The notes beneath the pieces are model-generated. The model made no database searches. It worked only from the letters and a program-made list of their open reading frames with translations, and was not told where the DNA came from. A program made the position numbers and the translations under genes. From the NCBI RefSeq assembly GCF_963921235.1, contig NC_086108.1, positions 105,216,001 to 105,280,000 of the forward strand: 64,000 nt of DNA, given 5' to 3'. Positions 1 to 14,226 of this stretch are shown in pieces; the stretch's first letter is position 1; the number at the start of each line of letters is the position of its first letter. The DNA is from Mobula hypostoma (Eukaryota).

Positions 1-484
1 CCAATGCTCTAACCATTCTAGTAACTTCCCTGTAATACCATGGGCTTTTAATTTAGTAAGCAGCCTCATGTGTGGCACCTTGTCAAAGGCATTCTGAAAA
101 TCCAAATATACAACATTTACCACATCCCCTTTATCCGCCCTCAAAGAATTACCTGAAAACTCAAGCCCATTGCTGCTCTGCTGTCATCCCTGCCAGAATC
201 TCCTTTCAATGTACTTTGGCCAACTTGTCTCTCATTCCACTGTAATTTCCTTTACTCCACTGAAATGCTGCTATGTCAGACTTCATTTTCTCCCTACCAA
301 ATTTCGTGTTGAACTCAATCATATTGTGACCACTGACTCCCAATCCAGTGCAGATCATCCTGGAGTAAGTTAAATGACAAACTGCTCTAAAAAGCCATCT
401 TTTAGGCATTCAACGAATTCACCCTCTTGAGATCCATTACCAACCTGGTTTTCCCAATCTCTCTGCATGTTAGAATCTCCCATT
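1..484 (-). mobile_element. Old CR1 LINE fragment (endonuclease/linker and RT remnants)
   Basis: Minus translations MGDSNMQRDWENQVG...EFVECLKDGFLEQFV and SGHNMIEF match CR1 ORF2 endonuclease motifs; the element continues at 1840 after a younger insertion. Confidence 0.8.
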
Positions 485-1820
485 AAACCATAGAAACCAT
501 AGAAACTACAGCACAGAAATAGGCCTTTTGGCCCTTCTTGGCTGTGCCGAACCATTTTCTGCCTAGTCCCACTGACCTGCACACGGACCATATCCCTCCA
601 TACACCTCCCATCCATGTATCTGTCCAATTTATTCTTAAATGTTAAAAAAGAACCCGCATTTACCACCTCGTCTGGCAGCTCATTCCATACTCCCAGCGC
701 TCTCTGTGTGAAGAAGCCCCCCCTAATATTCCCTTTAAACTTTGCCCCCCTCACCCTTAACCCATGCCCTCTGGTTTTTTTCTCCCCTTGCCTCAGTGGA
801 AAAAGCCTGGTTGCATTCACTCTATCTATACCCATCATAATTTTATATACCTCTATCAAATCTCCCCTCATTCTTCTACGCTCCAGGGAATAAAGTCCTA
901 ACCTATTCAACCTTTCTCCGTAACTGAGTTTCTCAAATCCTGGCAACATCCTTGTAAACCTTCTCTGCACTCTTTCAACCTTATTTATATCCTTCCTGTA
1001 ATTTGGTGACCAAAACTGAACACAATACTCCAGATTCGGCCTCACCAATGCCTTATACAACCTCATCATAACATTCCAGCTCTTATACTCAATACTTTGA
1101 TTAATAAAGGCCAATGTACCAAAAGCTCTCTATACGACCCTATCTACCTGTGATGCCACTTTTAGGGAATTTTGTATCTGTATTCCCAGATCCCTCTGCT
1201 CCACTGCACTCCTCAGTGCCTTACCATTAACCCTGTATGTTCTATCTTGGTTTGTCCTTCCAAAGTGCAATACCTCACACTTGTCTGCATTAAACTCCAT
1301 CTGCCATTTTTCAGCCCATTTTTCCAGCTGGTCCAAGCCCCTCTGCAGGCTCTGAAAACCTTCCTCACTGTCTACTACACCTCCAATCTTTGTATCATCA
1401 GCAAACTTGCTGATCCAATTTACCACATTATCATTCAGATCATTGATATAGATGACAAATAACAATGGACCCAGCACTGATCCCTGTGGCACACCACTAG
1501 TCACAGGCCTCCACTCGGAGAAGCAATTCTCTACTACCACTCTTTGGCTTCTTCCATTGAGCCAATGTCTGATCCAATTTACCACCTCTCCATGTATACC
1601 TAGTGACTGAATTTTCCTAACTAACCTCCCATGCGGGACCTTGTCAAAGGCCTTACTGAAGTCCATGTAGACAATATCCACTGCCTTCCCTTCATCCACT
1701 TTCCTGGTAACCTCCTCGAAAAACTCCATTAGATTGGTCAAACATGACTTACCACGCACAAAGCCATGTTGACTCTCCCTAATAAGCCCCTGTCTATCCA
1801 AATGCTTGTCGATTCTGTCT
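485..1820 (-). mobile_element. 5'-truncated CR1 LINE (RT C-terminal half, 3'UTR, repeat tail) inserted in an older CR1
   Basis: ORFs 1130-1906 and 563-1114: [57 protein letters not shown]; tail (AAACCATAG)n at 485-503. Confidence 0.95.
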
Positions 1821-1839
1821 ATGATTCTGTAGATTATGA

Positions 1840-2910
1840 TTATGACTATCATAAAATCACCCTTTTGACACGGCTTTTCTATTTCCTGTTGCAATCTGTA
1901 GTTCACATCTCAGCTACTGTTTGGAGGCCTGTATCTAACTGCCATAAGGGTCCTTTTACCCTTGCAGTATCTTAACTCAACCTAAAAGGATTCAACATCT
2001 TCTGATCCTATGTCACATCCTTCTAATAGTTTGATGCCATTCTTTACTAGCAGAGACACACTTCATACTTTATTATACTTCATACTTTACTTTATTACAC
2101 CCCACCCCCTCTGCCCACCTTTCTATCCCTCTGATACAATCTTGGACATTCTGCCCTCAGCTTACAGCCATCCTGCAGCCACGATTCAGCAATAGTCACA
2201 ACATCATACCGTATAATCATGCAACAAGATCATCCACCTTATTTCATATACTCCGTGCATTGAGATATAACACTGAGTACTGTATTTGCTACCCTTTTTG
2301 ATACTGTATCCCTAATGCACTGGTACTTACCCTGGGTGGCTGCAATTTTGTCCTACCATCTGCCTACCCTTCCTGACCGTCTGATGACACGCTATCTTTG
2401 CCTTTTTGTAGCCATCTGTTCTATCCTGAGTCCCTTCATTCGGGTTCCCATCTCCCTGCTAAATTAGTTTAAACTCTCCCCAATAGCTCTAATAAACCAG
2501 CCTACGAGAATTTTGGTCCCCCTTAGGTTCAGGTGCAATCTATCCCTTTTGTGTAGGTCATAAGAATCTGAAGCCCTGCCACCTGCACCAGCTTCTCAGC
2601 CACACACTTATCTGCCAAAATATCCTGTTTCTACCCTCACTGGTGCATGGCACAGATAACAATCCAGAGATTACTACCCTGGAGGTCCAGCTTCTCAGCT
2701 TTCTGCCTAGCTCCCTAAATTCTCTCTTCACGTCCTCTTTACTTTACCTTCCTATGTCATTGGTACTAATATGCCCCAAGACATCAAGCTGCTCTCACTC
2801 CCCCTCCAAGATGTTGTGAACATGAGCCGAGATGTCCCTGACCCAGGCACCTGGGAGGCAACATACCATCTGTGTGTCCATTCACGACCACAGAATCTGC
2901 TGTCTGTTCC
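1840..2910 (-). mobile_element. Old CR1 fragment with endonuclease start and ORF1 esterase-like remnants
   Basis: KGDFMIVI joins to MGDSN across the insertion; 2490-2860 resembles CR1 ORF1 esterase (…HISTNDIG…RVVISGLL…LHLN…). Confidence 0.7.
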
Positions 2911-2914
2911 TCTG

Positions 2915-4850
2915 ATTATTGGTGACATTTTGATGACATGCCGAACTTCCGCTGACTCCTGAGGTAGTAGAGGTGTTCTCGTGTTTTCTTTGCAATTATT
3001 TTTTATGATGGGTCTGGAACAGGTCCTCTGAGTTAGTGACACCCAGGAATTTATAGTCACTGACCCTCTCCACGTCTAATCTTTCAATAATTACTGGCTC
3101 ATGGACCTCTGATTTCCCTCTCCAGAAGTCTACAGTCTACAGTCAGTTCCTTGGTCTTATTGACATTGAGTGAGAGGTTGTTGTTATTTCCACCACTCAG
3201 TCAAATTTTCAATCTCCCTCCTGTATGCTGATTCCATAAGACTATAAGATATAAGAGCAGAAGTAGGCCATTCAGCCCATCGAGTCTGCTCTGCCATTCA
3301 ATCATGGGCTGATCCAATTCTTCCAGTAATCCCCACTCCCCTGCCTTTTCCCCATACCCTTTGATGCCCTGGCTAATCAAGAACCTATCTATCTCTGCCT
3401 TAAATGCACCCAATGACCTGGCCTCCACAGCCACTCATGGCAATAAATTCCACAGATTTACCACCCTCTGACTAAAGTAATTTCTCTGCATCTCTGTTCT
3501 AAATGGATGTCCTTCAATCCTGAAGTTGTGTCCTCTTGTCCTAGACTCCCCTACCATAGGAAATAACTTTGCCATATCTAATCTGTTCAGGCCTTTTAAC
3601 ATTCGGAATTTTTCTATGAGATCAGCCCCTCATTCTCCTGAACTCCAGGGAATACAGCCCAAGAGCTGCCAGACGTTCCTCATACAGTTAACCCTCTCAT
3701 TCCTGGAAACATTCTTGTGAATCTTCTCTGAACTCTCTCCAATGTCAGTATATCCTTTCTAAAATAAGGAGCCCAAAACTGTACACAATACTCCAAGTGG
3801 TCTCATGAGTGCATTATAGATCCTCAACATCACATCCCTGCTTTATATTCTATACCTCTAGAAACAAATGCCAACATTGCATTCACCTTCTTCACAACCG
3901 ACTCAACCTGGAGGTTAACCTTCAGGGTATCTTGCACAAGGACTCCCAAGTCCCTTTGCATCTCTGCGTTTTGAATTCTCTCCCCATCTAAATAATAGTC
4001 TGCCCGTTTAGTTCTTCCACCAAAGTGCATGACCATACCATTTCCAACATCGTATTTCATTTGCCACTTCTTTGCCCATTCCCCTAAACTATGTAAGTCT
4101 CTCTGAAGGCTCTCTGTTTCCTCAACACTACCTGCTCCTCCACCTACCTTTGTATCATCGGCAAAATTAGCCACAAATCCATTAATACTGTAGTCCAAAT
4201 CATTGACAGACATCGTAAAAAGCAGCAGTCCCATCACCAACCCCTGTGGAACTCCACTGGTAACTGGCAGGTAGCCAGCCAGAATAGAATCCCTTTATTC
4301 CCACTCTGTTTTCTGCCAACCAGCCAATGCTCCACCCATGCTAGTAACTTCCCTGTAATTCCATGGACTCTTATCTTGCTAAGCAACCTCATGTGTGATA
4401 CCTTGTCAAAGGCCTTCTGGAAAAGGTGAAGATTCATCGATCACCTTTAGTACGGCCCACAACAGTGGTGTCATCAGCAAACTTGTATATGCTGTTGGAG
4501 CTGTACTTAGCCACACAGGCTTAGACCACACAGATGATGGTGTTAAATGCCAAGTTGTAATCGATAAAGCACCTCCTGATATATGCATCTTTGCCGTCCA
4601 GATTTCTAGGGTTGTGTGAAGAATTAACGAGATAGCATCTGCTCTAGCCCTGTTGCTTTGATGGGCAAATTGGAGCGGATCCAAGTCGCCACTCAGACAG
4701 GAGCTGATATGCTTCAACACCAGCCTCTCAAAACACTTCATCACTGTGGAAGCAAGTGCCACTGGGTGATAATCATTTAGAAAGGTTACCACACTCTTCT
4801 TGGGCACTGGTACAATTGATGTCTGCCTGAAGCAGGTCTGCAGCAGGTGC
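2915..4850 (-). mobile_element. Rex1/Babar-like LINE fragment split by a CR1 insertion
   Basis: ORF 4406-4903 IVPVPKKS…NDYHPVALASTVMKCFERLV…LDPLQFA; GATTC is duplicated at 3230-3234 and 4431-4435 around the CR1. Confidence 0.75.
3235..4430 (-). mobile_element. 5'-truncated CR1 LINE
   Basis: FQKAFDKVSH, FADDTKVGG, RDLGVLV motifs; short-repeat tail at 3235-3255; 5-bp TSD GATTC. Confidence 0.9.
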
Positions 4851-5659
4851 CATTTCATTGGCTCTTCACTCAAATCTGGGACGTCTGGACAGCAAAGATA
4901 CATACATCAGGATGTTCTTTTTATCGATTACAGCTCGGCATTTTCCTGCACAACAGTCTCCAGAGTTTACAGAGAATGGCGTGATTAACAAAAATTAAAC
5001 CACTGAGTGGTAGCTCTGTAGTCTAAAACAACTTGTTGATGAGAAAGTTCAGAGGAGAATGGCCAGACTGGTCCATGTTGGCAGGAAGTTGACAGTAACT
5101 GAAATAACCACACGTTACAACAGTGATGTGTAGAAGAGCATCTCTGTATGCAAAACATGTTGAATCTTGAAGTGGGTGGGCTACAGCAGGAGAAGACCAT
5201 GAATATACACTCAATGACCACTTTATTAATTACAGGAGGTACATAATAAAATGGCCATAATTGTATGTGTGACTTCAGATCTGCACTGATGTGGCTTACC
5301 CCAAACATTGAAGTAACCTAGCAAGCCACTCAGCTTAAGGGTCTGGACAACAGATGTCTCCGTCCCACAAATGACATGAATCTGAGAGACTCACGGTTTT
5401 CACAAGGGCAACTGGATTTCACCCAAGATGCTTTCTCTTCTCCCCTCTCCCAACGAACCTGAAAGTACCACTAGGCTCAAAGACAGATTCTCTCCCACGC
5501 TTGACTCTCAGACTCTTGCATGATAAGATGGACCCTTGACCTCACAATTTACCTCGTTATGATCTTGCACTTAATTGTTTACCTGCACTGAATTTTCTCT
5601 GTAGTTGTTACACTTTATTCTGCATTTTGGTATTGTTTTACCTTGTTCCAGCTCAATGC

Positions 5660-5880
5660 ATAAACACAAGAGATGCTGGACATCTGGGGTAAAGCACATA
5701 AAATGCTGCAGGAACTCAGCTGGCCAGGTAGTATCTATGGAGAGGAATTCGCAGTCAATGTTTTGGGCTGAGATCCTTTACCAGGGCTGATGAAGGGTCT
5801 CGGTCCAAATGTCGACTCTTTGTTCGTTACTACAGATGATGCTTGACCTGCTGAGTTCCTCCAGCAATTTTTGTGTGTTA
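5660..5880. repeat. Palindromic Penelope-derived repeat with degenerate hammerhead motifs
   Basis: Inverted arms AAAATGCTGCAGGAACTCAGC / GCTGAGTTCCTCCAGCAATTTT; CTGATGAAGGGTCTCGG at 5787. Confidence 0.7.
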
Positions 5881-6449
5881 ATCTACCTCAATGCACTGTA
5901 TAATGACTTAATCTGTGTGAACAGTATGCAAGACATGCTTTTCACTTTATCCTGGTACATGACAATAATAATAGACCAATCTTTCCAGTGATGCCTTCAA
6001 CCTGACAAAACTAATCAGATTCTTGCCAGCAGCTCCCAGAAGATTCAGCAAAATCCTTCATTTACTGGCTAAAGACCAAGTATATCATATCATCAGTTGT
6101 TGATATGTATGTGGGACAAGCCCTCAGAGTTAAAAAAGAAAAGAAAGAAAGATTAGCTTTATTTGTCATGTGTACCTCAAAACATACAGTGAAATGTGTC
6201 CTTTGCTTCAAAACAAATCAGTGAGGATTGTGCTGAGGGCAGTCCGCAAGTGTTGCCATGATTCCGATGCCAACATACCATGCCCACAATGCAATAAACC
6301 TAATCGTACTGTTTTTGAAGGAACCCAGAAACCTGAAAGAACCAACACAATTAGGGAGAGAACATATAAACTCCTTACAAACAGCGGTGGGAATTGATCT
6401 CTACTCGGTGAAATTAGGCGCTGCAAAGCTAATAGCAGTAGAATCATTT

Positions 6450-7055
6450 GATGTTCTCCTGTGGGTTGTTTACTGATGGAACCTCAGGTGGCTGTAAATC
6501 CCCACAATCTGGTGCAGTGTGGGCAAGAGTAAGTGGTGACTTTGGTTAGTGGTTGGGTCTTTTGGTTGTTTAGTCTCTCCTTTCACAAAGTGGAGGTCAT
6601 TCACATGTAGCACAGCTCCCTCTTGAACAGATTTCCTTCCGGTACATCTATTGAGTGTGATATCTTCCCAGTTTTTAGATGCAATGTTGAGTTTCTTCAG
6701 GCTGATTTTCATGTGATCCTTGAAGTGTTTCCGTTGCCCACTGGGGGCTCACCTGCCTTCCTTCAAGGATCTGTATGGGAAGATGTGTGTAAGGCAAACA
6801 GACCTTTCTATGACCTATCTATCAGAATTGGTGTTGCTTTACCATGCTGGAGATCCTGTTCATGCTAGCCTCCTCCAGTAGTGTTGGTGTGTCTGTCCAT
6901 CCAAATGATCCTCAAAACCTTTCATAAGAATCTTTGGTGATATTGTTCCAGTGCTTTCAGGTGCCTGCTAAAGGTGGTCCATGATTCAGCTCCGTAAAGT
7001 AATGTCGGAAGGATGACTGCTCTATAGACCAAAAATTTTGTTTGGACCTGTAGGT
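6450..7055 (-). mobile_element. RTE-clade LINE 3' fragment
   Basis: Minus translation YRAVILPTLLYGAESWTT…LEQYHQR and GQRKHFKDHMKISLKKLNI…WEDITLNR. Confidence 0.8.
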
Positions 7056-8459
7056 TTCCCTAATCCTGTATAGTCTTCACCGGCACCCGTGTGTAGAACT
7101 CATGTGTAGTACTGTAAAGCAACACGCTATCTGCTGCACTACCATACCTTGCCCTCCAACAGGCTGACTTCATCACTGAACACCCAGCTGAAGAAGTCTG
7201 GTCCATCAGATGGGGAAAGGATCGGAATCATCCAAGATAGATGGCGCAAGCGAAGGGCTCAGAGATTCTAATTCAAGATTGTTTAATGTCATTTCCTGTA
7301 CACAAGTGTAATGAAGAATAAAATAATTGTTACTCCGGGTCTGATGCAGCATTACAAAACAAAAAAAAATAAAGAACACAATAATAATAAAAAACACAAT
7401 AAATATCAACACATAATCTAGCTTATATGCATAGATTGGTTGTGCATCCATGAAGTGTCAGGGGTCACAGGAGTGTCTATCAATAAGGTGACTGACAGAA
7501 AATGATAAAGTAGTGGTGGTTGGAGTGTGGAGGGGTGGGTTAGTGGGTGGAAATGTTGAGCAGCCTTACTGCTTGGAGAAAGTCACTGTTTTTGAGTCTG
7601 GTGGGCCTGTGTGGATGTTACATAGCTTCCTCCCTGACTAGCCATGAGCAGGGTGGGTGGGATCCTTCATGATGTTACTGGCCCTCCTCCAGCACCTTTC
7701 TGTATATCCTATATGTCCTTGAAAGTGAGTAGGCTGGTGTCAGTGATGCGCTGGGCAGTCTTGAGCAGTTGTTGAGCCTTCTTGTCTGACACAGTGCAGT
7801 TTCCACACGAAGCAGTGATGCAGCTTGTAAGGATGCTCTCTACTGTCCATCTGTAGAATGAAGAGAGTATGGATATGCAAAGCCCAGCTCTCTGCAGCCT
7901 CCTATTAAAGTACAGGCATTGCTGAACTTTCTTGACTGTGTAGGATGCATTCTGGGACGAAGTGAGTTTGTGTTGATTTGCAATCCCAGAAGTTTATAAC
8001 TGTTTGCAGTTTCCACTGCTGTACCATCGACTTAAAGGGGTGTGTGAATGCTGCGAGATCTCCTGACATCGATAACCATCTCTTTTGCCTTATTGACATG
8101 AAAGAAGAGGTCATATGCCTGGCACCAGGCCTTGAGTTCTTCCATTCTTCCATCTCCTCTCTGTAGCCAGTGGCATTGTCATGGTCTGTGGCCTGATGCG
8201 ACTGGCACACATGAGCAACAAATCAATGACTCATTGAGGTGAGGAATAGAAAATGTCTGAATAGTTACTACACTCTTTAAGAAGGGAGGGAGGCAAAGGA
8301 CAAGAAATTATAGGCCAATTAGCCTGACGTCAGTGCTTGGGAAGATGTTCGAGTCTATTATCAGAGATGCAGTTGTGGGATACCTGAAGGCACACATTGG
8401 TTGAAGGGGAAATCTTAAGGGGTAATCTTGCCAGATAAATTTTAGTTTTTAGTTTTGTA

Positions 8460-8735
8460 TATTTTGAGTTATAGTGTGGATTAGGCCTTTCCGGTCCAAT
8501 GAGCAGCTCCACCCAGCAATCTGCCGATTTAACCCTAGCCTAATCACTGGACAATTTACAATGACCAGTTAACCTACCAACCGGTAGGTTTTGGACTGTG
8601 CCAGGAAACAGGAGCACCTGGAAGAAACCCACGCGGTCACTGTGAGGATGTACAAACTCTATACAGACAGCGATGGGTATTGAACCCAGGTTGCCTGTAC
8701 TGTAAAGCGTTGTGTTAATCATGATACTACCATGC
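8460..8735 (-). mobile_element. SINE (V-SINE-like core), representative of many copies in the window
   Basis: Core GGAAACAGGAGCACCTGGAAGAAACCCACGCGGTCAC…TACAAACTC on plus; related copies near 12050-12250, 14875, 28600-28790, 37360 and 60005. Confidence 0.65.
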
Positions 8736-9100
8736 TGTCTAATGGGAGGAGGAGGAATTTCTTTAGCTAGAGGGTGGTGAATCTGTGGAATCCATTGCTA
8801 CAGAAGAATGTGGAAGCCAAGTCGTTGAGTATATTTAAAGTGGAATTTGATAGGTTCTTGATTAGTAAGTGTCAAAGGTTACGGGGAGAAAGCAGGACAA
8901 TGGGGTTCCTGCCTGTGGCCATCAAACTTTACAACTCCTCCCTTGGAGGGTCAGACACCTGAGCCAATAAGCTGGTCCTGGACTTATTTCCATCTGGCAT
9001 AATTTACATATTACTATTTAATTACTTATGGTGCAACTGTAACGAAAACCAGTTTCCCCCGGGATCAATAAAGTATGACTATGACTATGACTATAATAAA

Positions 9101-10441
9101 CACTGGACAACAAAGATTTTGCTTCCTGAATACTTTTGGTTGCAACTTATGGATTTTGGGCTGCTGATCATGAAATTCACCATGAAATTTCCCTACCACA
9201 CACCATTGTTTTGAAATCATATATATTTGTTATTTCAATTCATAATTCAAGTCAGAATAACTGATACCAAGATTAAGGAAGGCATTTTTCGTTGGCTACA
9301 AATCAAACAGGTTATCAATGACAGTAAATTCGAAGAACTTCCAGTGGGACTGGAGAAAATTGTATCGAAGGCATTCAAGGATGTGTTGAAAATTTTCTTG
9401 GCAACTACGGAGCACCAAACTGTGTGCAGCTGGTTGACAATGTGCTTTAAGCATACAAAACCCTGAAGTGTAACGTTTCATTGAAGGTTCATTTTATACA
9501 TTCCCATTTAGACTTCTTCCCTGCAAATCTTGGCACTGCCAGTGACGAGCACAGTAAAAGGTTTCACCAGGACATTTCAGTCATGGGGAAACAGTATCAG
9601 GGCATCAGGAATCCATCAGTGCTGGCTGATTATTGTTGGACACTTAAGGGAGAAGACTGAGACACTGAGAACAAATGAAAATCATCAACAAAACATTTTT
9701 AGCTTAGATTAGATTATAAGAACACTCAGTCCTCTTTTATTGCCAATTAGAAATGCATACATGCATTAAGAAATGATACAATGTTTCTCCTGCATGATAT
9801 CACAGAAAACAAGACAGACCAAAGACTAACACTGACAAAACCACATAAGTATACCATATAGTTACAGCAGTGCAAAGCAATACCATAATTTGATGAGGAA
9901 CAGTCCATAGGCACAGTAAAAAATAATAATCTCAAAGTCCCCGAGTCCCCGATAGTGGCGGCAAAAGGGAGAAACTCTGTCATAAACCTCCAGGCACCGT
10001 CAACTTGCTGATACCTTGGAAGCAGCCGACCACAGCCGACCCTGAGTCCATCCGTCCGAAAACTTCGAGCTTCCAAGCAGCCTCTACGATACAGCCTCCC
10101 GAGCGCCATCCTCTGCCAAGCGCCTTCGACCTCTCCCCGGCCGCCGAAACAAGCAAAGCCGAGAATTTCAAGGCCTTCAGCTCCAGAGATTCTGGTTACC
10201 ACACGGTAGCAGTGGTAGGAAAGCAGACATTTCAGAAGCTTAGTTGAACTATTACAAAACATCAGCACGTTAATGAAATTCAACGCAATATATTCAATAA
10301 AAGTTAATTTCTTATTTCTCCAAATTCCTACATGATGCAAGTAGTCTGAAAATATATTTGTGATCAACTTCAAGTAGTCTATCAGAAACAAATAAAAATT
10401 TCCAAGGAAGCAACACTTTTGAAGAAAGTTGTTGTCCAGTG
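9101..10441 (+). mobile_element. Chapaev3-like (CMC) DNA transposon, internally deleted
   Basis: 13-bp perfect TIR CACTGGACAACAA/TTGTTGTCCAGTG; 3-bp TSD AAA; frameshifted transposase C-terminus KIKEGIF…KAFKDV…SLKVHFIHSHLDFFPANLG…SDEH…RFHQDI. Confidence 0.85.
9708..10236 (-). mobile_element. Non-coding retroposon (SINE-like) inserted in the Chapaev element
   Basis: 7-bp TSD AGCTTAG (9701-9707, 10237-10243); minus-strand AATAAA and short (TCTAA)n tail. Confidence 0.7.
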
Positions 10442-13400
10442 AAATCAGCCATGATAGAATGGCATTGTTGACTTGATGGACCGAATGGCCTAATTCTGCT
10501 CCACTGTCTTGTGGTCTTATGAAATTCAATGAAACAGCAGGAACAATTTGATATCACAGACTCTGGCACAAGCTTCAGTAAACACTAGCAGTATTTCATT
10601 CTGCTCTTATTTAATATATAACCCTCTCAAAGTTACCTAAATAGTCACTGACACATGAATCTTCTTATCTCCTCATCTACTTGAATGGTACCCTGTACCA
10701 GTAGACTGTTGTCCAGCTGGTGGCTTCTCGGTGAATTGAATCAACATGATCCAACTCATCAGTTAATCCCAGATGAGATTTGTCAGTGCACGCGGACAAA
10801 CTCCATGCATTTTACTAAACACAAGGAACTGGTGAGACTTTAGCATCCAACCTATCGGCTTTTCCCTGCCATTCACTAAGATCACAGTAGTTCACTTACT
10901 TTCACTCCCCTTTGTTTCCCATTATGCATCTATTGATCCTCTCCACTGCTCCCTGAAAGGCTTTCTTAGAAGTTTGCGTAGATTTGACATGTCACTAAAA
11001 ACCTTCAACAACCTTCTATAGACCCTCCAAGAAGACCACAGCCTCATTGTAGGGTTTGGAGGCTTGTGTGCCTCAATGACCTGGAGAACAATGTTGGCTG
11101 GAGTCAGTGCTTTGTGCTTTGATCCTTGGTAGGTCATCCATGCCAAACAGGTTAAAGGGCAGAGGCCAAACTAAGAGTTGTCCACTGGTCCTCCAGGTTC
11201 AGGGGTTCACCTCAGGGCTAGAACCCTGAATGGTCAAAAAAAGAATTGTTACAGAAACAGCAAGGTCAGACAGAGATGGAGGCCAATGGCGTAACAGGCA
11301 GTAACTAAAGATATCTAGAGTAACAGACAGTTCTATAGATACACAGTGGATGCACCATGGCCTGGTATAGAAAGACCAATGGCCAGGAAAGGAAAAGGCC
11401 CACTCCATCACAGGGAAGGACTTCCTGATCATTGAGTACACTTACATGCAGCGCTGCCACAAGAAAGATTTTAAGATAAGATTAGCTTTGTCACATGATC
11501 ATTGAAACATACAATGAAACATTATCATATTAAATCAGTGCAGATTGTGCTGGGCTAAGCATTCACATTTACACATTTACGTAACATCTCACTAATCCTA
11601 ACCCTAACTGTACGTCTTTGGAATGAGCACCTGGAGTAATCCCACATAGTCAACACAAACTCCTTACACATAGCGCAGGACACAGAACTGTGCACTTACA
11701 CCTGGCGGTGTAAAGTCTTGTGCTAACCGCTACACCACTGTGCACCCGTCATCATAGACCCCCAGCATCCAGGCCATGCTCTCTTCCCTTTTCTGTCATC
11801 AAGAAGGAGGCGCCAGAGCCTTAGGTGCCACACCACCAGGTTCAGGAACAGTTATTTACCCTAAACCATCAGACTTCTGAACCGACGCGGGTACCTTCAC
11901 TCACCACAAGTCTGAACTGATTCCAGGACCTACAAACTCACTTCCAAGGATTCTTTGCAACTCATTTTCTCCGTATTATTTTTTATTTGCACAGTTTGTC
12001 TTCTTTTGCACATTGGTAGTTTGTCCGTCTTTGTTTATGTATAGTTTTTAATCCTAGCCTAATCACATGACAATTTACGATGACCAAATACCTACCAACT
12101 CCTATGCCTTTGGACTGTGGAAGGAAACCGAAGCAACTGGAGGAAACCAGTGTGGTGACAGGCAGAACATACAAACAGCTTATAGGCAGCGGTCGGAATT
12201 GAACCTGGGTCAACTTATTGTGAGGCATTGTGGTAACCACTATGCTGCAGTGTAGATTCTATTGTATGTTGATTCTATTGTATTTCTTAATGTTTCCTGT
12301 AAAAGCTTGCAAGAAAATGCACGTCAAGGCAGTAAATGGTAACATATATACACTTTGATAATAAATTTACTTTGTACTTTGAACTTTGAAAGTCACAACA
12401 CAAGCAAATGGGTGTAGGTGTATGGCATAATTGCCTTCATTGATCAGCACGTACGGTATCCTGTAAAAGCAGAGAAGTTGCAATTGTGCAAATCTTCATT
12501 TTGGCCGTAGTTGCATATTGTGTGCATTTCTCCCTTTGCATTACAGGAATGCAGATGATCAGGGTTCTATTCCTGACACTGTCTATAAAGAGCTTGTATG
12601 TTCTTCCAGTGACCAGTAAGTTTCCTTTGGGTGCTCTGTGGTTTCCTCCTCCATTCCAATGACATATGGGTTAGGGCTAGTAAGTAGTGGGCATGCCATG
12701 CTGGTGGAGGGAGTGCAGCCTCACTTGTTGGGCTGCCCCCTGCGCATCCATGGAATGTGTTGGTTGTTGAAGCAAATGATGCATTTCTCTTTCATCTATA
12801 GAACTTGCTAGAGGCTTTGGTGACCTATCAAATCTCTTCAGACTGCGAATGAAATATAGCCAGTGTATAAATTTATTTAGATAATAAATTTACTTTGAAC
12901 TTTGGTTCATTGCAGAGGCCAGCAGCAGAAGCCTCCATACCAGATGATAGTGCATCTGGAAGAGAACTTGTCACGACACATCTGCAGAAATTTTCTGGAG
13001 TCGATGATGATAAGCCAAATCTCATCAATCTCCTAATGAAGTATAGCTGCTGGCATTATTCTACATAATTTTATCAATATCTTGGGCCCAGGATAGATCT
13101 TCAGAGATGTTGAAACCCTGGAACTTGAAACTGTTCACTATTTCCACTGTTGACCCCTCAATGAGGACTGGTCTGTGTTCTCGTAACTTGCCCTTCCCGA
13201 AGCTCACAATCAATTCCTTGCTCTCACTGACATTGAGTGCAAGGCTGTTTTTGCGACTCCACTCAACCGATCAACTTGTCTCACTCCTGCATGCCTCCTC
13301 ATTGCCACCTGAGAAGCTGCTTGGAAGATCTGCAGCTCTGGGGTGTGGCATTGCGTGGCCCTGTGGACGACTGATTCCATGCCAGTGTCGCTGACTGAGG

Positions 13401-13652
13401 CGTCACAGGAGAAGGAACAATCAGGATTTCAGTCACAGAATCTCAGAAGGAAAAAGCGATGTGGCAGACTGTAGCATCGTAACAGTGACTGTTTGTTAGT
13501 TTCCTCTTTTGCCGTGATACTGGTGGCAGCTCTTAGTCCCTTGTTAGTGTGTATGTGTGAGAGAGAAAGAGATGTATCCTGTGGCATGTCAGATTGTTGG
13601 GTAAACAATAGTTTTTGTTGACTGCAGATTGCAATCTCTCTTTGGGGGCTTT

Positions 13653-13891
13653 AGAAACATAGAAAATAGGTGCAGGAGTAGGCCATTCGGCCCTTCGAGC
13701 CTGCACCGCCATTCAGTATGATCATGGCTGATCATCCAACTCAGAACCGTGTACCAGCCTTCCCCCCATACCCCCGATCCCTTTAGCCACAAGGGCCATA
13801 TCTAACTCCTTCTTAAGTATAGCCAATGAACTGGCCTCAACTGTTTCCTGTGGCAGAGAATTCCACAGATTCACCACTCTCTGTGTGAAGA
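13653..13891 (-). mobile_element. Young CR1 subfamily 3' end, copy 1
   Basis: Near-identical to 17008, 48930 and 54446 (AAACATAGAAAATAGGTGCAGGAGTAGGCCATTCGG…). Confidence 0.9.
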
Positions 13892-14226
13892 TTTTGCTGT
13901 TGCTTGGTGGGTGTGGGTGCTGAAGCTTTCTGCAGAAGTGGGCAGGGGATGGAGTGGGGAAACTGGTGCTTTGCTGCTGCTTGTGCATGGGAGGGGGAAG
14001 ACGGAGCTTTGGGGTTCTAATGTTTTTCTGTTGTTCATTATTCAGGGCTTTCCTCTGTTTCGGTGATGTCTGTGAAGTGTAAGAATTTCAGGTTGTATAC
14101 TATATACGTTTGTTGATTCTGAAATGGAATCATTTGAACAACAAAATGATAGATGACAACTCACTAACCTGCTGACTATTTTCATCAATCAATATAGATT
14201 AGATCAAATTAGTTAATTGTTATCTA

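Noticed and set aside
1130..1906. Intact 258-aa gene
   Set aside because: Fusion of two nested CR1 fragments; truncated RT
9747..10529. 260-aa minus-strand ORF
   Set aside because: It crosses CR1, Chapaev and SINE boundaries and has no recognisable domain; a chance chimera
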